A DNA stretch of 64,000 bases from Mytilus californianus (lineage: Eukaryota). The notes under the pieces were generated by a model. It was given only the letters and a program-made list of their open reading frames with translations. It was not told where the DNA came from and did no database searches. The DNA lies in NCBI RefSeq assembly GCF_021869535.1, contig NW_026262700.1, positions 620,001-684,000 of the forward strand, given 5' to 3'. Positions 25,990 to 38,805 of the stretch are shown here, piece by piece. Numbering within the stretch: position 1 is the first letter of the stretch; every line of letters starts with the position of its first letter. Position numbers and translations under genes: made by a program.

Positions 25990-26886
25990 TTGCTGTCATG
26001 CATGTCCAGAGGAGTACAGAGAATTCATCAGAATGCTTGCAACCAACATACCAGTGTGTGCAGCAAATTGCCAATGTGAAGTACATCATTAATCGCACAG
26101 ATTTTTGTAAGAACTTAATGTAATGAAGCACATACAGAGTACAGATCCACTTCTATTCCATCTGTTTTGTTGAACACTGCTTTATCTGAAATTCGCAAAT
26201 TTCTATAAACCATACTCAGTGTAGTAGTTGAGATTACACTCAAAACTTTTCTATTTGGCAGAACATATAACTTCGGAAATGATAACACATTGATTGATCG
26301 TTGGTTGCATAATGTCCAGTTGCAAATATTTCATGCATATTTAGGACGAGAACAAGTTAATAATAAATACAATAGGTAAGTCTTGTCATAATAGAGGCCA
26401 TTCGGGATGATGGTCGGGAAAATTTGAAAATCCACTTGAAAATGAGGGTATATTGGATAGGGACAGACATTTTGCCTTGCAACAGGCCACCTACGGACCC
26501 CTCAAAGAGTTGTTGCTAGGATTCTAAACGTGCAAAGAGCGTGGCACTCTCTTTACACGAGGCATCGGATGTAACGTCCCCATTCTGACCGGACGTGACT
26601 GCGAACTTGATACATGCCGTACAGCCAAATGGACGTCCCACTTCGGCAAGCGTTTTACTGCCGGTCGGGAGAAGACCAAGTGACCATATTTCGTTTCCTC
26701 AGTCAACCTTGGGGTGGGGGAAACGATAACCCAAGATTCTCTTATCTTCTTCCCAAATCTAAAACAAATCAGAAGGAGAGGAATGTATGCAATGGATAAA
26801 AAGATGAGTGAAAAGGTGTGCACAAAGAAGGGAAACAGTCATCCATCTCTCCTTCTAGGGATGTTCACAGTATTTTGTCCTCATGG
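25990..26886 (+). pseudogene. Intron-containing KDZ (Kyakuja-Dileera-Zisupton)-like transposase remnant
   Basis: An exon after cttgtag reads CPEEYREFIRMLATNIPVC. A second exon, rebuilt by removing the SINE, reads TYNFGNDNQDSLIFFPNLKQIRRRGMYAMD...CTKKGNSHPSLLLGMFTVFCPHG|gtatgc. Confidence 0.5.
26288..26718 (-). mobile_element. SINE-like family copy, full length, older subfamily
   Basis: TSD ggaaa(t/c)gataac with 1 mismatch. Carries older-subfamily diagnostic bases. Confidence 0.92.
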
Positions 26887-28409
26887 TATGCATTAATTTC
26901 AATAGTTAGTGAGAATTGGAAATACAAATTGAAATAGCAATGCTTTTTATCAGTCAAAGTAATACAAATATGTCAATATATGACATTAAATACATCAGTG
27001 TATTCCAAAATAATGTTGTTGTTTTTTATATTTATTTAGTTCTCCCTTTACAATTAGTATACACCGGAATGGAAAATGAGAATTGAGGCCTCATTTCTTT
27101 TTGTTCTTTCCTAGATATAAACATGTTTTTTTAACATAACCAATCAATGGTTGGAACCTTTGTAGGTCATTTGTGTTTTATAAAACTTTCTTATGTACAA
27201 TTTGTAAAGTCAGTCAAGGTCGTAAAAACTTCTATCATAATATATTACATTTAATAAACTAGTCCCAGATTAAACTAAGGGTTCATAACGACAAGTTTGA
27301 AATATACGCTTCAATTTTTTCTATTAGCACAGTCTGTATGTCTCTATAAATTTTAGTCAGCGCTTTGGTTTTACGCATTTTTTTATCAACCAAACCCTCA
27401 ATATCTTTTCTTGTCATTCGAGTTTTCATCTAAGTTTGAACAATTGGTTGCACATATTAATTAATTTGTTTAATGAGGATCACAAACTGTTAAACAGGCA
27501 GTTCTTAAAGTAGTGTTTTACTTTCTTAGGTGTGTGTTTCACCTTTTAAAATCTTGTCGTCTGTGTCATATCAAGATCAGATAGATTTCGAAATAAATAA
27601 CAGCACTTTCATTCATCATCTTCCGATTCAATTTGATTTTAATTATTATTGAAAGTGAATATTTCTTGATATCGGAACATCCTCTACATTACTCTGTATA
27701 TACAAAAATAGAAAATTCAGAAAATCCTGAACAGCAATTAATAAAACTGACTGCCGAAATTTAAGAAAGCATTAACAAAGAAGTGGAGGATCAAATGGTA
27801 AGTATTTATTTATTTTATCATTGCTCTCAATTCCTTATATGTATTTTCTATTGTGTATTTAATTCATGTATATTATATAATTGTATCAAGACATGTTGTA
27901 TCAACAGGTACATATTATAAACAAATATTTTCTCACCACATCTTTGAAATAAATCCTGTATGGGAAACAAAATTTTTAAATCCAACTTTTAAGAATGAAC
28001 TACACATTACCTTTCTGATAATTTTTAACGAAAAGCACGTGGCAAATGATCACTCGAGCAGAAATTAAATGTAATAGAAATTAACATAACTAAAGAACGG
28101 TTTGATGTGCTATAAAATTGAAACTACTTAATTAATACAGGTAGCTCTTGTGTGAAAAAAATACAGATAGAATGAATACTTTATTCAAATGATTATAATT
28201 GGTGTGATATATCAATGTATAGATAGATAATATTTACATGTACACGTGAACAAGGATATATGATATTTATAAAGATAAATGTTTATAATGTTTTTTTTCC
28301 CCTCAGTTGATTTTCCCCTTCAAATGAGACTTGTGATACTAGTATTTCCATTTTATCCCACTTCAAAGGTGAACGAGCAGCCTCCATTTAAAATAAAAAA
28401 AACAGATAA

Positions 28410-28780
28410 ACGTTCAGACTAAATGGAATGAGATTGATGAACAATTGTACCGTGCTACTCTCTCGGAACACTTTACTGACATTATGGAAGACAAATCAAC
28501 TCCAGAAAACATTAAAACTCTGACAGCAATCCTCTTAACAGCTATGCATCTGGCAGTACCAACAGAAATTACCAAGTTAAAAGGTCCGAAATGAAAAGCT
28601 TCACCTAAAAACAGAAACATCAAAAACGTGCAAACAGCTTTCTCTAAATGAAAAAACTCTGGGCCAAGAAGAAAATCATCAAAGCAACCAAGTCTTACAA
28701 TTCTGACAATGTATACCAAGTTAGGCTGTACGATGATTTACTGGAATACTCCTGTCGATATGAGGACACATCGCTGGTCA
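28410..28780 (+). pseudogene. Possible LINE ORF2 linker remnant
   Basis: WNEIDEQLY...LLTAMHLAVPTEITKLKGPK*KASP resembles the region between endonuclease and RT in mollusc LINEs. Confidence 0.3.
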
Positions 28781-29389
28781 TGTAAACATACGCTTGCTTG
28801 ATTTTGAACATGCAAAAAACATATTGGAATACTCTTCCAGATTACAAGGCAACCCTTCATGTAACATTCATACTGGACTTTTCAACACAAATCATAAAAC
28901 ACTGATTATTAACGTTAAAATAATCATACAAATATATTTAAGTACCAATGGCAATGCAAAGTAGAATTAATCGTCTCAGCCTCTAAGTGAGAGGTTTAGC
29001 GCTATAAAATCAGGTTCAATCCACCATTTTCTACATTTGAAAATGCCTGTACTAAGTCAGGAACATGACAGTTGATGTCCATTCGTTTGATGTGTTTTGT
29101 CATTTGATTTTGCCATGTGATTACGGACTTTCCGATTGAATTTTCTTCGGAGTTCAGTATTTTTGTGATTTTACTTTTATAACAAATAAAAATGCAAGCA
29201 AAGGTATAGGATCAACAGGAAGTTTTTAAGCAATGAAATGAAAACATATGACACTGTCGGGCTATATTTTGGGAAACAATTGTTGGAATGAGGTTTAGAA
29301 ATCAACAATCAAAGTGCTATTAAAAGTGGGGTTTTAAATTTGATAATTCTATTATTTCAGATAATTAAAGGACAGCTCATTAAGAGGGG

Positions 29390-29798
29390 CCCCCAAGGGT
29401 GACTGGGGAATAGAAGTATGGTCACCATTGGTCTTCCTCCGACCGGCAGTAAAACCCTTGCTAAATTGGGGCGTCCGTTTGGCTGTGCGGGATGTACAAA
29501 TTTGCAGCCACGTCCGGTCAGAATGGGGACGTTAAATCCGATGCCTCGTGTAAAGAGAGTGCCACGCTCTTTGCACGCTAAGAACCCTTGCAACAACTCT
29601 TTGAGGGGTCCGTAGGTGACCTGTTGCAAGGCTAAATTTCTGTTCCTATCCAATATACCCTCTTTTTCCGTGGCAGTCTAAATTTCTCCGACCTTCATCC
29701 CGGAAGCCCCTATTACAGAACCTACTTATTGTTAACTTCCTGAATATGCATGAAATATTTGCCACTGGACGTTAAGCAACAAACAATCAATCAATCAA
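29390..29798 (+). mobile_element. SINE-like family copy, full length
   Basis: TSD tcattaagagggg at 29377-29389 and 29799-29811. Confidence 0.95.
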
Positions 29799-30554
29799 TC
29801 ATTAAGAGGGGGGGATTTACCTCTTGCAGATATGAAAATATCCATGGACGAGTTTGATATATATAAGATTTAAAACATCAAAAAAGGAACAGAATGATCG
29901 ACATTCAAAAGTAGATGCAAGTGAATATATATGGATATTATGAAATAGCTTATGCACAATATTTTGTACAATGTAACTGATGCTCTGGTACCCGTTGAAA
30001 CTGGTTAATTCTAAAAATAAATCGATAAATTGCAGAAAAGGTCTGACTATTGATCTTGATTACTATAACAAATTAGGAACATGCTTTGTTTTTACTTCTT
30101 ATATGCGAGTCCTTTGTTGTGGTCACCATTGTCTTTTAAACTTAAAAACCATTAATTGTATTTGTATGAGTTTTTTTAGGAGGCCTGTTCAATTATTTTT
30201 TTTTAGAGACAGTGCCATACAAATCAAAAGTTTGAAGACGACATTTTAGTTTTCTAAGCAAAATACATTCTTTTGAAAGACTTGAAAGTTGGACTAACAT
30301 TTATGTTTTATTTCATTTCAGGTTAGTAAAAATAATCTTACGACCAAGATGTAATGCCAACCAAGAGCAGTGAAACTTAATTTATGTTTTATTTAATTTA
30401 TGTTTTATTTCATTTCAGGTTAGAAAAAAATAATCTGACGACCAAGAAGTAATGCCAACCAAGAGCAGTGAAACTTAACAACGAAGATGGTTCTATCATT
30501 CTATAAACAATACTTATATGGTAGGAGATGGACTTGAAATATCAGAAGAACAGA

Positions 30555-30977
30555 TTGATTGATTGATTGTTGGTTGCTTAACGTCCAGTGGCAAATATTT
30601 CATGCATATTCAGGACGAGAACAAGTTCACAATAAATACAATAGGTAGGTTCTGTAATAGATTAAGGGATTATGGTCGGAGAAATTTAGACTGCCACGGG
30701 AAATGAGGGTATATCGGATAGGGACAAAATTTAGCCTTGCAACAGGTCACCTACGGACCCCTCTAAGAGTTGTTGCAAGGGTTCTTAACGTGCAAAGAGC
30801 GTGGCACTCTCTTTACACGAGGCATCGGATTTAACGTCCCCATTCTGACCGGACGTGGCTGCAAATTTGTACATCCCGCACAGCCAAACGGACGCCCCAC
30901 TTTAGCACGGGTTTTACTGCCGGTCGGAGGAAGACCAATGGTGACCATACTTCTATTCCCCAGTCACCCTTGGGGGT
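30555..30977 (-). mobile_element. SINE-like family copy, full length, young
   Basis: TSD tcagaagaacaga at 30542-30554 and 30978-30990. Confidence 0.96.
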
Positions 30978-32047
30978 TCAGAAGAACAGACATTAAACAT
31001 CTCTTACAACTACATGTCGTAACATAACACGTGTATGATTGTCATACCCTTAATGTTACCAACTTTGTTTTTATTTAAATGGCTATCCTCCAGGACAATG
31101 TCAATTTCCAAATAGGAGCAAATTTTTTAACGTTTGGAAAGGAATTCCTGGAACGTGTGGTCAGGCGGGAAGAAGATGATAAATGATTACACCTTTTCAC
31201 TAATAACTGGTGTTATTTCTTCTGTATGTCCTTTCATATAGTATCAGACTTTATGTGAGCATGCCTCACTGTGGGATGCATTTATAGCTTCATCGTTCCT
31301 GAACTTCATGTTTTATAACATTTTTCTCACATTTTTCTCAAGAACTACAAATATATATAGGCTTTCAAAAATTTAAGATCAACCTTCATCTGACCATTAA
31401 TAATAATAATCTGTAATACATGTTTACAGCCACTGCTCATCAACTTCCGGTTCAATAGCCCACAGTTATACTTTTTTCTTGTCTTAGACATTTTTATGCT
31501 GTTGTTTTCACGTATTTTGTAAAGAAGAAAAGTAAAATCAATGTTGAATATTTTTGTAATAAAGTTTGCATATGTCTATGAAGAGTAATACGTGCATTTG
31601 TGGTAATTAAGCCTTAAAAGTATTGTTTTTGTATATAGTTTTTCTGTATCTGTAATTATCTTAAGGATGTTCGCTTGATATGTTTTGGATTTTTTGTCAG
31701 ATTTTCGGAATCCCCTGGTTTTATCCATTTGAATGCCTTAAACAAATTTGCCCATTGACCCCCATTTTTCTTTTGATAAATATTTTACATGTTTAATTAT
31801 AAGCAATCTGTAAAAGTCTTAAAAATCGTTATATTTTTTAATAGTTTTTGAGAACTTGTCAATGATAAAGCTATGAAAAGTCAAGAGAGAACATTCTCCC
31901 GCCAAAAATGACAATAGCTAATATCTCGAAAACAAGCACATTTACCTTAGTATTTTTTTCGGCTTGTTTGGTTCCTTAATCAATCACCTATCAATGTATA
32001 ATAGAGTTATGAAAAGCTTGTTATTTTGAACTGAAAAGCGAACCTCC

Positions 32048-32730
32048 TTAAAAAAGAGGGACGACAGATACCAGAGGGACAGTCAAACTCATAAATCGAA
32101 AATCCCCCAAGGGTGACTGGGGAAAACAAAATATGGTCACTTGGTCTTCTCCCGACCGGCAGTAAAACGCTTGCTAAAGTGGGGCGTCCGTTTGGCTGTG
32201 CGGGTTGTATCAAGTTTGCAGCCACGTCGGGTCAGAATTGGGATGTTAAATCCGATGCCTCGTGTAAAGAGAGTGCCACGCTCTTTGCACGTTAAGAACT
32301 CTTGCAACAACTCTTAGAGGGGTCCGTAGGTGGCCTGTTGCAAGGCAAAATTTCTGTCCCTATTCAATATACCCTCATTTTCCAGTGGCAGTCTAAATTT
32401 CTCCTACCATCATCCCGGATGGCCTCTATTATTACACGACCTACCTATTGTATTTATTGTTAACTTGATCTCGTCCTGAACATGCATGAAATATTTGCCA
32501 CTGGACGTTAAGCAACCAACAATCAATAGATCAATCATAAATCGAAAATAAACTGACAACACCATGGCTAAAAATTAAAAAGACAAACAGACATACAATA
32601 GTACACATGACAAAACATATATAACTAAAGAATAAGCAACACGAACCCCTACGAAAACTGGGGGTTATCTCAGTTGCTCCGGAAGGGTAAGCAGATCCTG
32701 CTCCACAAGTGGCACGGGTCGTTTTGCTCA
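32048..32730 (-). mobile_element. PLE-derived repeat copy interrupted by a SINE
   Basis: gagggacagtcaaactcataaatcgaaaat | SINE | tcataaatcgaaaataaactgacaac. Confidence 0.8.
32104..32534 (+). mobile_element. SINE-like family copy, full length, older subfamily
   Basis: 15-bp TSD tcataaatcgaaaat at 32089-32103 and 32535-32549. Confidence 0.95.
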
Positions 32731-33819
32731 TGATCATTCAGATTTTTAATATTGGACATTGCTGTATTTTGATTGCATCTGGTTAAAATAGATGTTTTTA
32801 AATAAAGCTCAGTTACAACAGGAACTCGATTTACTAGATATGAAATTGGCATATATTGAGGAGGAGAATGAGGTAAAACTGCAGGAAACTGAAAACCGAA
32901 CACTTTCAGCGTTGTCTTGTTAAAAATAGAAATAATATTAAACGTATCGAAAAGTATATGTCGGTATCTTAAGGGCATATCATGTTGACTGACTGCAAGT
33001 ATATTATGTCGGGCGTCCCAAGTCTCAGTACTCGGGAAATATTGATTGACAGATGATTGTGTAATGTTCAGTGATTAATATTTCATGCATGGAATCAATA
33101 ATGATGACTACAGAAATTGAGTAGAAATTTCATAACTTTAGCAATGGTATATGAAAGTTTCGAGTGGACGGGCTACATTTTCTAAAAGCCCCCACTAACA
33201 GCTTGGCATTTCTAAATACAAAAATTATTATTAGATGGTTATTATAGAGCAGTTTAACTCGTCATTGAAATGCATGTTTTTTTACAATAAATAAATTCTA
33301 TTATTTTTTAAATGGAAAAAATAAAAGCCAGTCGGCAGCTGGTCAAAGTGACATAGATTAAGTTTAGACTTATTGTATACCTGACGAAAGAATTCAGGAT
33401 AGCAGGTCACATAGGGGGAAGGGTACTGACTATTCTTTCGGGTATAACCGTGCTTGCCAAATCATACCCTGTTTTAACCAGAAAACATTGAAAAATATAC
33501 CCCGTTCTAGACACGCTCTGAAAATGTGTACCTTGTTTCAGACACGTTCAGAAAGTGTATATCTTGTTCTAGACTGAGCCGTACATGCTCTAGACTAGTT
33601 CAAAAATATAAACCCTGTCACCAAACAATTCATTAATGTTACCAAAAACAAACTTGTGACAGTTTCCCGTATCTACACTGTTGTTTTTAACTCGATTTCC
33701 CCCCCAAAAAAACTAATTTCTATTATACATGTTTAATTCCATATTCAGCCAACAAGTTTACATTTAGTTATTGATATATTTAAATGCAAACCGTCATTAA
33801 GAGCAGGCAAACCAAAGAT

Positions 33820-36500
33820 TTAATTAAGATGTAACATAAAATCAGTCACTTTTTATAGAGATATGCACTTGTATAAGTTATAACCTTAAATCGGTCTTTA
33901 TTGGTTATTTTAATACATTTTACAATGGATTCGACATCTTTTTATAATAGTTGTATAAGATATTACCTTAGATATACCACGTTTTATAGATAAAGGTATT
34001 AGATGAAACCTGAAACAATCCACTGCTTTATTGATAATTTTATCGAATTTTACAGTAGATTTGATTATTTTTTAATAATAGTATTCGATGTAATCTTTAA
34101 TCGAACACTTTTTAATGATAATTATTTTGTAGGTATCCTGAAATCTGCTTCTTTCTATATTGATAATTCTATTTCATTTTACAAGATTCGACCATTTTTT
34201 TTTATTGATAACTGTGTTTGATGTAACATTAAATCGGTCACTTCTTTTTAGATAACAATATTAGATAATTGTTTGAGATGTAGCCTGAAATCAGCCGCTT
34301 TCTTTATCAATAATTCTATTATTTTTGAAGATTCAACTACTTTTTTATAGATCATGTATCAAATGTTATCTTAAATCGGCTATATTGTATTGATAATTAT
34401 ATTAGTTTATACAAGTTTCGATCACTTTTTAAAGATAATTGTATAAGAAGTAACATAAAATCAGTCACTTTTTATAGAGATTTTTATTTGTTTAAGTGGT
34501 AACCTTAAATCGGTCATTTTCTTTATGGATTATTTAACTATATTTAACAATGAATTCGACAGCTTTTTATAGATAGTTGTGTAAGGTATAACCTTAAATC
34601 CACCACGTTTTATAGATTATAGTATTAGATGAAACCTTAAACCATCCACTGCTTTATTGATTATTTTATCACATTTGTGTTCGATGTAATCTTTAATCGA
34701 ACACTTTATAAGGTTTGCTGTTACTATGAATACAATTATTTATAAAATATGGTCGATTAAACGTTACATCTATTACAATTTTCAAAAAAAAAAAAAAAAA
34801 ATTACTAAAAATGTTATAAAATTCTCAATAAAATTGTGGTTGGTTCAAGGTTTACATCTACTACAACTATCGATAAAAACTGGTTGAATTCATTGTAAAA
34901 TAATCAATAATCACAGTTAACGATTTAAGGTATCATCTTATAAAAATATCTTTACTTTAAAATATAGTAAAATTATCAAAAAAGCTGCGGCAGGTTTTGC
35001 AGTTGCATCTTATACAATTATCTATAAAATATTTGTCGATTTAAAGTTATATCAAATACAATTATCTAAAAATTAGTAAAATTAACTGAAAAATGGATTG
35101 ATTGATGATTGATTGTTGGTTGCTTAACGTCCAGTGGCAAATATTTCATGCATATTCAGGACGAGAACAAGTTCACAATAAATACAATAGGTAGGTTCTG
35201 TAATAGATTAAGGGATTAAGGTCGGAGAAATTTAGACTGCCACGGGAAATGAGGGTATATTGGATAGGGACAGAAATTTAGCCTTGCAACAGGTCACCTA
35301 CGGACCCCTCAAAGAGTTGTTGCAAGGGTTCTTAACGTGCAAAGAGCGTGGCACTCTCTTTACACGAGGCATCGGATTTAACGTCCCCATTCTGACCGGA
35401 CGTGGCTGCAAATTTGTACATCCCGCACAGCCAAACGGACGCCCCACTTTAGCTCGGGTTTTACTGCCGGTCGAAGGAAGACCAATGGTGACCATACTTC
35501 TATACCCCAGTCACCCTTGGGGGGTTGAAAAATGGAAACTCCTCAATATAGCTGTCCCTTTAATTTAACATATAAAACATTATCTATTAAAAAATGGTTG
35601 AATATTTCATCTGATATAGGTTCCTCATCATCTAATATAGTATCCATAAAAAGTGGTTGAATCTTGTAAAATGTATTAAAATTATTAATAAAGAAAGTGG
35701 CCGATTGAATATTTCATCTGATACAATAATCTATATGACAAGGTTAATTTAAGGTTACATCTTATACATTATCTATATGACAAGATCAATTTAAGGTAAC
35801 ATCTTATACCTTATCTATATGACAAGGTCAATTTAAGGTAACATCTTATACATTATCTATAAAAAAATGATTGAACATTGTAAATTGTTATACATTTATC
35901 AATAAAGAAAGTAACCGATTTTAGGTAATATCTAATAAATCATCTTAAATAATGGCTGATTTAAGGTAATATCTGATACACTTTCATAAAAAAGTGGTAA
36001 AATATTGTTATATTTAACAATTTATCAATGAAGAAAGTTAAGATTTCATTTGATACAATTATCTATAAGACGATGTCGATTTTAGGTAACATCTAATAAA
36101 ATTATCAAAAAAATGGAATAAAATTTACTTTAAAATATAGTAAAATTAGCAATAAAGCAGTGGTAGGTTTTCGGTAACAATCTATGAAATTGGTCGACTT
36201 GATGTTACATCTAATACATTTATTAAAATAAGGTCAAATTTGCAAAAAAAAGTTGTAAAAATTCCAAATAAAGCTGTGGTTGTTTCAAGTTTAAGTCTAC
36301 CACAACTATCTAAAAAAATGGTTTAATTCATTGTAAAATATAGTAAAATAATCAATAGACAAAGTGATTGATTTAAGGTTACATCTTATACAATTATCTT
36401 TAAAAAGTGGTTGTAAAGTGTAATATAATTATCAATAAAGAAAGCGGCCGATTGAATATTTTCTAAGACGAGGTCAATTTAAGGTGAAATCTAATAAATT
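33820..36500. repeat. AT-rich degenerate repeat array in inverted (foldback-like) arrangement; related piece at 42280-42610
   Basis: Motif tagatgtaaccttaaatcg left of ~34700 and its reverse complement ttaaggttacatct to the right. ~600-620-bp direct duplications (33830/34448, 33973/34598, 34081/34678). Confidence 0.75.
35098..35525 (-). mobile_element. SINE-like family copy, full length, young
   Basis: TSD tgaaaaatgga at 35087-35097 and 35526-35536. Confidence 0.96.
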
Positions 36501-37612
36501 ATATTTTGCATTGTGCTGTGTATATATTTTTCGTTGTAAATCCATTTATGGATGTGTTGATTGTTTTGAATAGGACAAAAATTGTGGTGAAAAATTGAGT
36601 TGAACACTTGAAATCCTGATTTATTCAGATACGGGTCCATTGATTACACGTTACAACACTTTATCGCCTCACTGAATTAAGAAACAAGAGACTCAGGTCC
36701 TAGAACCCGGAAGTAGTTGTTGTTATGTGGTCTTGGTATCTTTCGTGGATTAATAACTTGGTTTGACTTTGAATCTGAACTATTCTATTGGTATGTTGGG
36801 TTTACTTCAAATATATGGGCATGCTTAGACATCGTCGTTCAAAGCATCAAGTGACATAAACAAATACCAAACATAAAAATATAGTTCAGATTGAAACCAG
36901 CAACTATGACTGCCTCCGGTTACAATTATACAATTGCAGGTCCTTTGCTGTGTTTTTAGAGACCGTACCTGTCTGACGTTACCCCGGAAATAACAAAATA
37001 ATATGCAACAATTAGTCTGTTAAACAGTTTGGTTAATTTTTATATCACCTGATAATATTTGTCAGATTTCATGTTTCGTTTTGTCTACAATAGCAATCAC
37101 ACCTACAGATTATTTTCATACGAATACAGGTCTAGTACTACCAACGACAAGATTATTTTATTAGTACATGTGTGACGTCTAGCGTTAACAAACCTCAGTC
37201 CACAGACAAACCAAGTCTGCCTACCCGACAGTTTATACGACTTGTCTCTAGAACTCTTTACGATAATTGTGAAGGAATGAAGTGTTTCCACCGTTACACA
37301 TATTTTTATCGTCGGCAATTATTTATATCAGATACAATACGATACTGTGTCTATTACTCTCATGGCCATGGTATGATTCGTAACAATTTCACATACCATG
37401 ATACGAACAATTGATAATGACGTGGACCCTTTTCAGTAAAGATTAAATCCTGATTCGGCGATACTTTTATCATTGTCATATGAAATTTGTTTTTAAAATA
37501 ACTCGGAACAGAAATTGTGAAATTTTTTTTCGTTAAAAGTATGTATTTCAAGATTTATACGGCTATTTGATATAGTTTGACAATTTAATTTTAATTATAC
37601 AGATTTGAGTAT

Positions 37613-38122
37613 AAGGGTCCGTAGGTTGCCTATTGCAAGGCAAAATTTCTGTGCGGGATGTATCAAGTTCGCAGTCACATCCGGTCAGAATGGGGACGTT
37701 AAATCCTATGCCATGGGTAATGAGAGTGCCACGCTCTTTGAACGTTAAGAACCCTTGCAACAACTTTTTGAGGGGTCCGTAGGTGACCTGTTGCAAGGCA
37801 AACTTTCTGTCCCTATCAAAGCTACCCTCATTTTCCATTGGCAGTCGTCCAAATTTCCATATGGCCTGTATTATGACAAGACCTACCTATTGTATTTATT
37901 GTGAACTTGTTCTTGTCCTGAATATGCATGAAATATTTGCAACTGGACATTAAGCAACCAACAATCAATCAATCCAGTGACCGTCCAAATTTTCCCGACC
38001 ATCATCCCGAATGGCCTCTTTTATGACAAGACCTACCTATTGTATTTATTATTAACTTGTTCTCGTCCTGAACATGCATGTCATACTTGCCACTGGACGT
38101 CAAACAACCAACAATCAATCAA
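37613..38122 (+). mobile_element. Two 5'-truncated older SINE copies in tandem, the first with a rearranged 5' end
   Basis: 37613-37660 repeats an internal segment (gggtccgtagg...tttctgt) ahead of the body. A second 3' fragment spans 37975-38122. Confidence 0.85.
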
Positions 38123-38152
38123 TGTTAAGTATAAAATACAATTAAGAAATGT

Positions 38153-38576
38153 CCCCCAAGGGTGACTGGGGAATAGAAGTATGGTCACCATTGGTCTTCC
38201 TCCGACCGGCAGTAAAACCCTTGCTAAAGTGGGGCGTCCGTTTGGCTGTGCGGGATGTACAAATTTGCAGCCACGTCCGGTCAGAATGGGGACGTTAAAT
38301 CCGATGCCTCGTGTAAAGAGAGTGCCACGCTCTTCGCACGTTAAGAACCCTTGCAACAACTCTTTGAGGGGTCCGTAGGTGACCTGTTGCAAGGCTAAAT
38401 TTCTGTCCCTATCCAATATACCCTCATTTCCCGTGGCAGTCTAAATTTCTCCGACCTTAATCCCTTAATCTATTACAGAACCTACCTATTGTATTTATTG
38501 TGAACTTGTTCTCGTCCTGAATATGCATGAAATATTTGCCACTGGACGTTAAGCAACCAACAATCAATCGATCAAT
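38153..38576 (+). mobile_element. SINE-like family copy, full length, young
   Basis: TSD caattaagaaatgt at 38139-38152 and 38577-38590. Confidence 0.96.
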
Positions 38577-38686
38577 CAATTAAGAAATGTTACCAGGAAT
38601 TTAAAGTTACCACACAAGTAACCTAACCACAATGATCATAATATTCTTGTTGAATGTAAAATAATAACGGGACTTCATTTACCCTT

Positions 38687-38725
<39 letters not shown>

Positions 38726-38805
38726 AGCTGCATGCGGTAGGACACCTTGAGACTGTGGTTCCAAAGTCAATACATAGAGTTAGGAATATGGTTCAATACG
38801 CTGCC

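Noticed and set aside
30300-30540. Duplicated acceptor-like ~100-bp segment as tandem exons
   Set aside because: It contains stops in the plausible frames and looks like a local duplication.
38688-38727. 36-nt T run followed by GCAG as a splice acceptor or retrocopy tail
   Set aside because: No supportable downstream exon or TSD.
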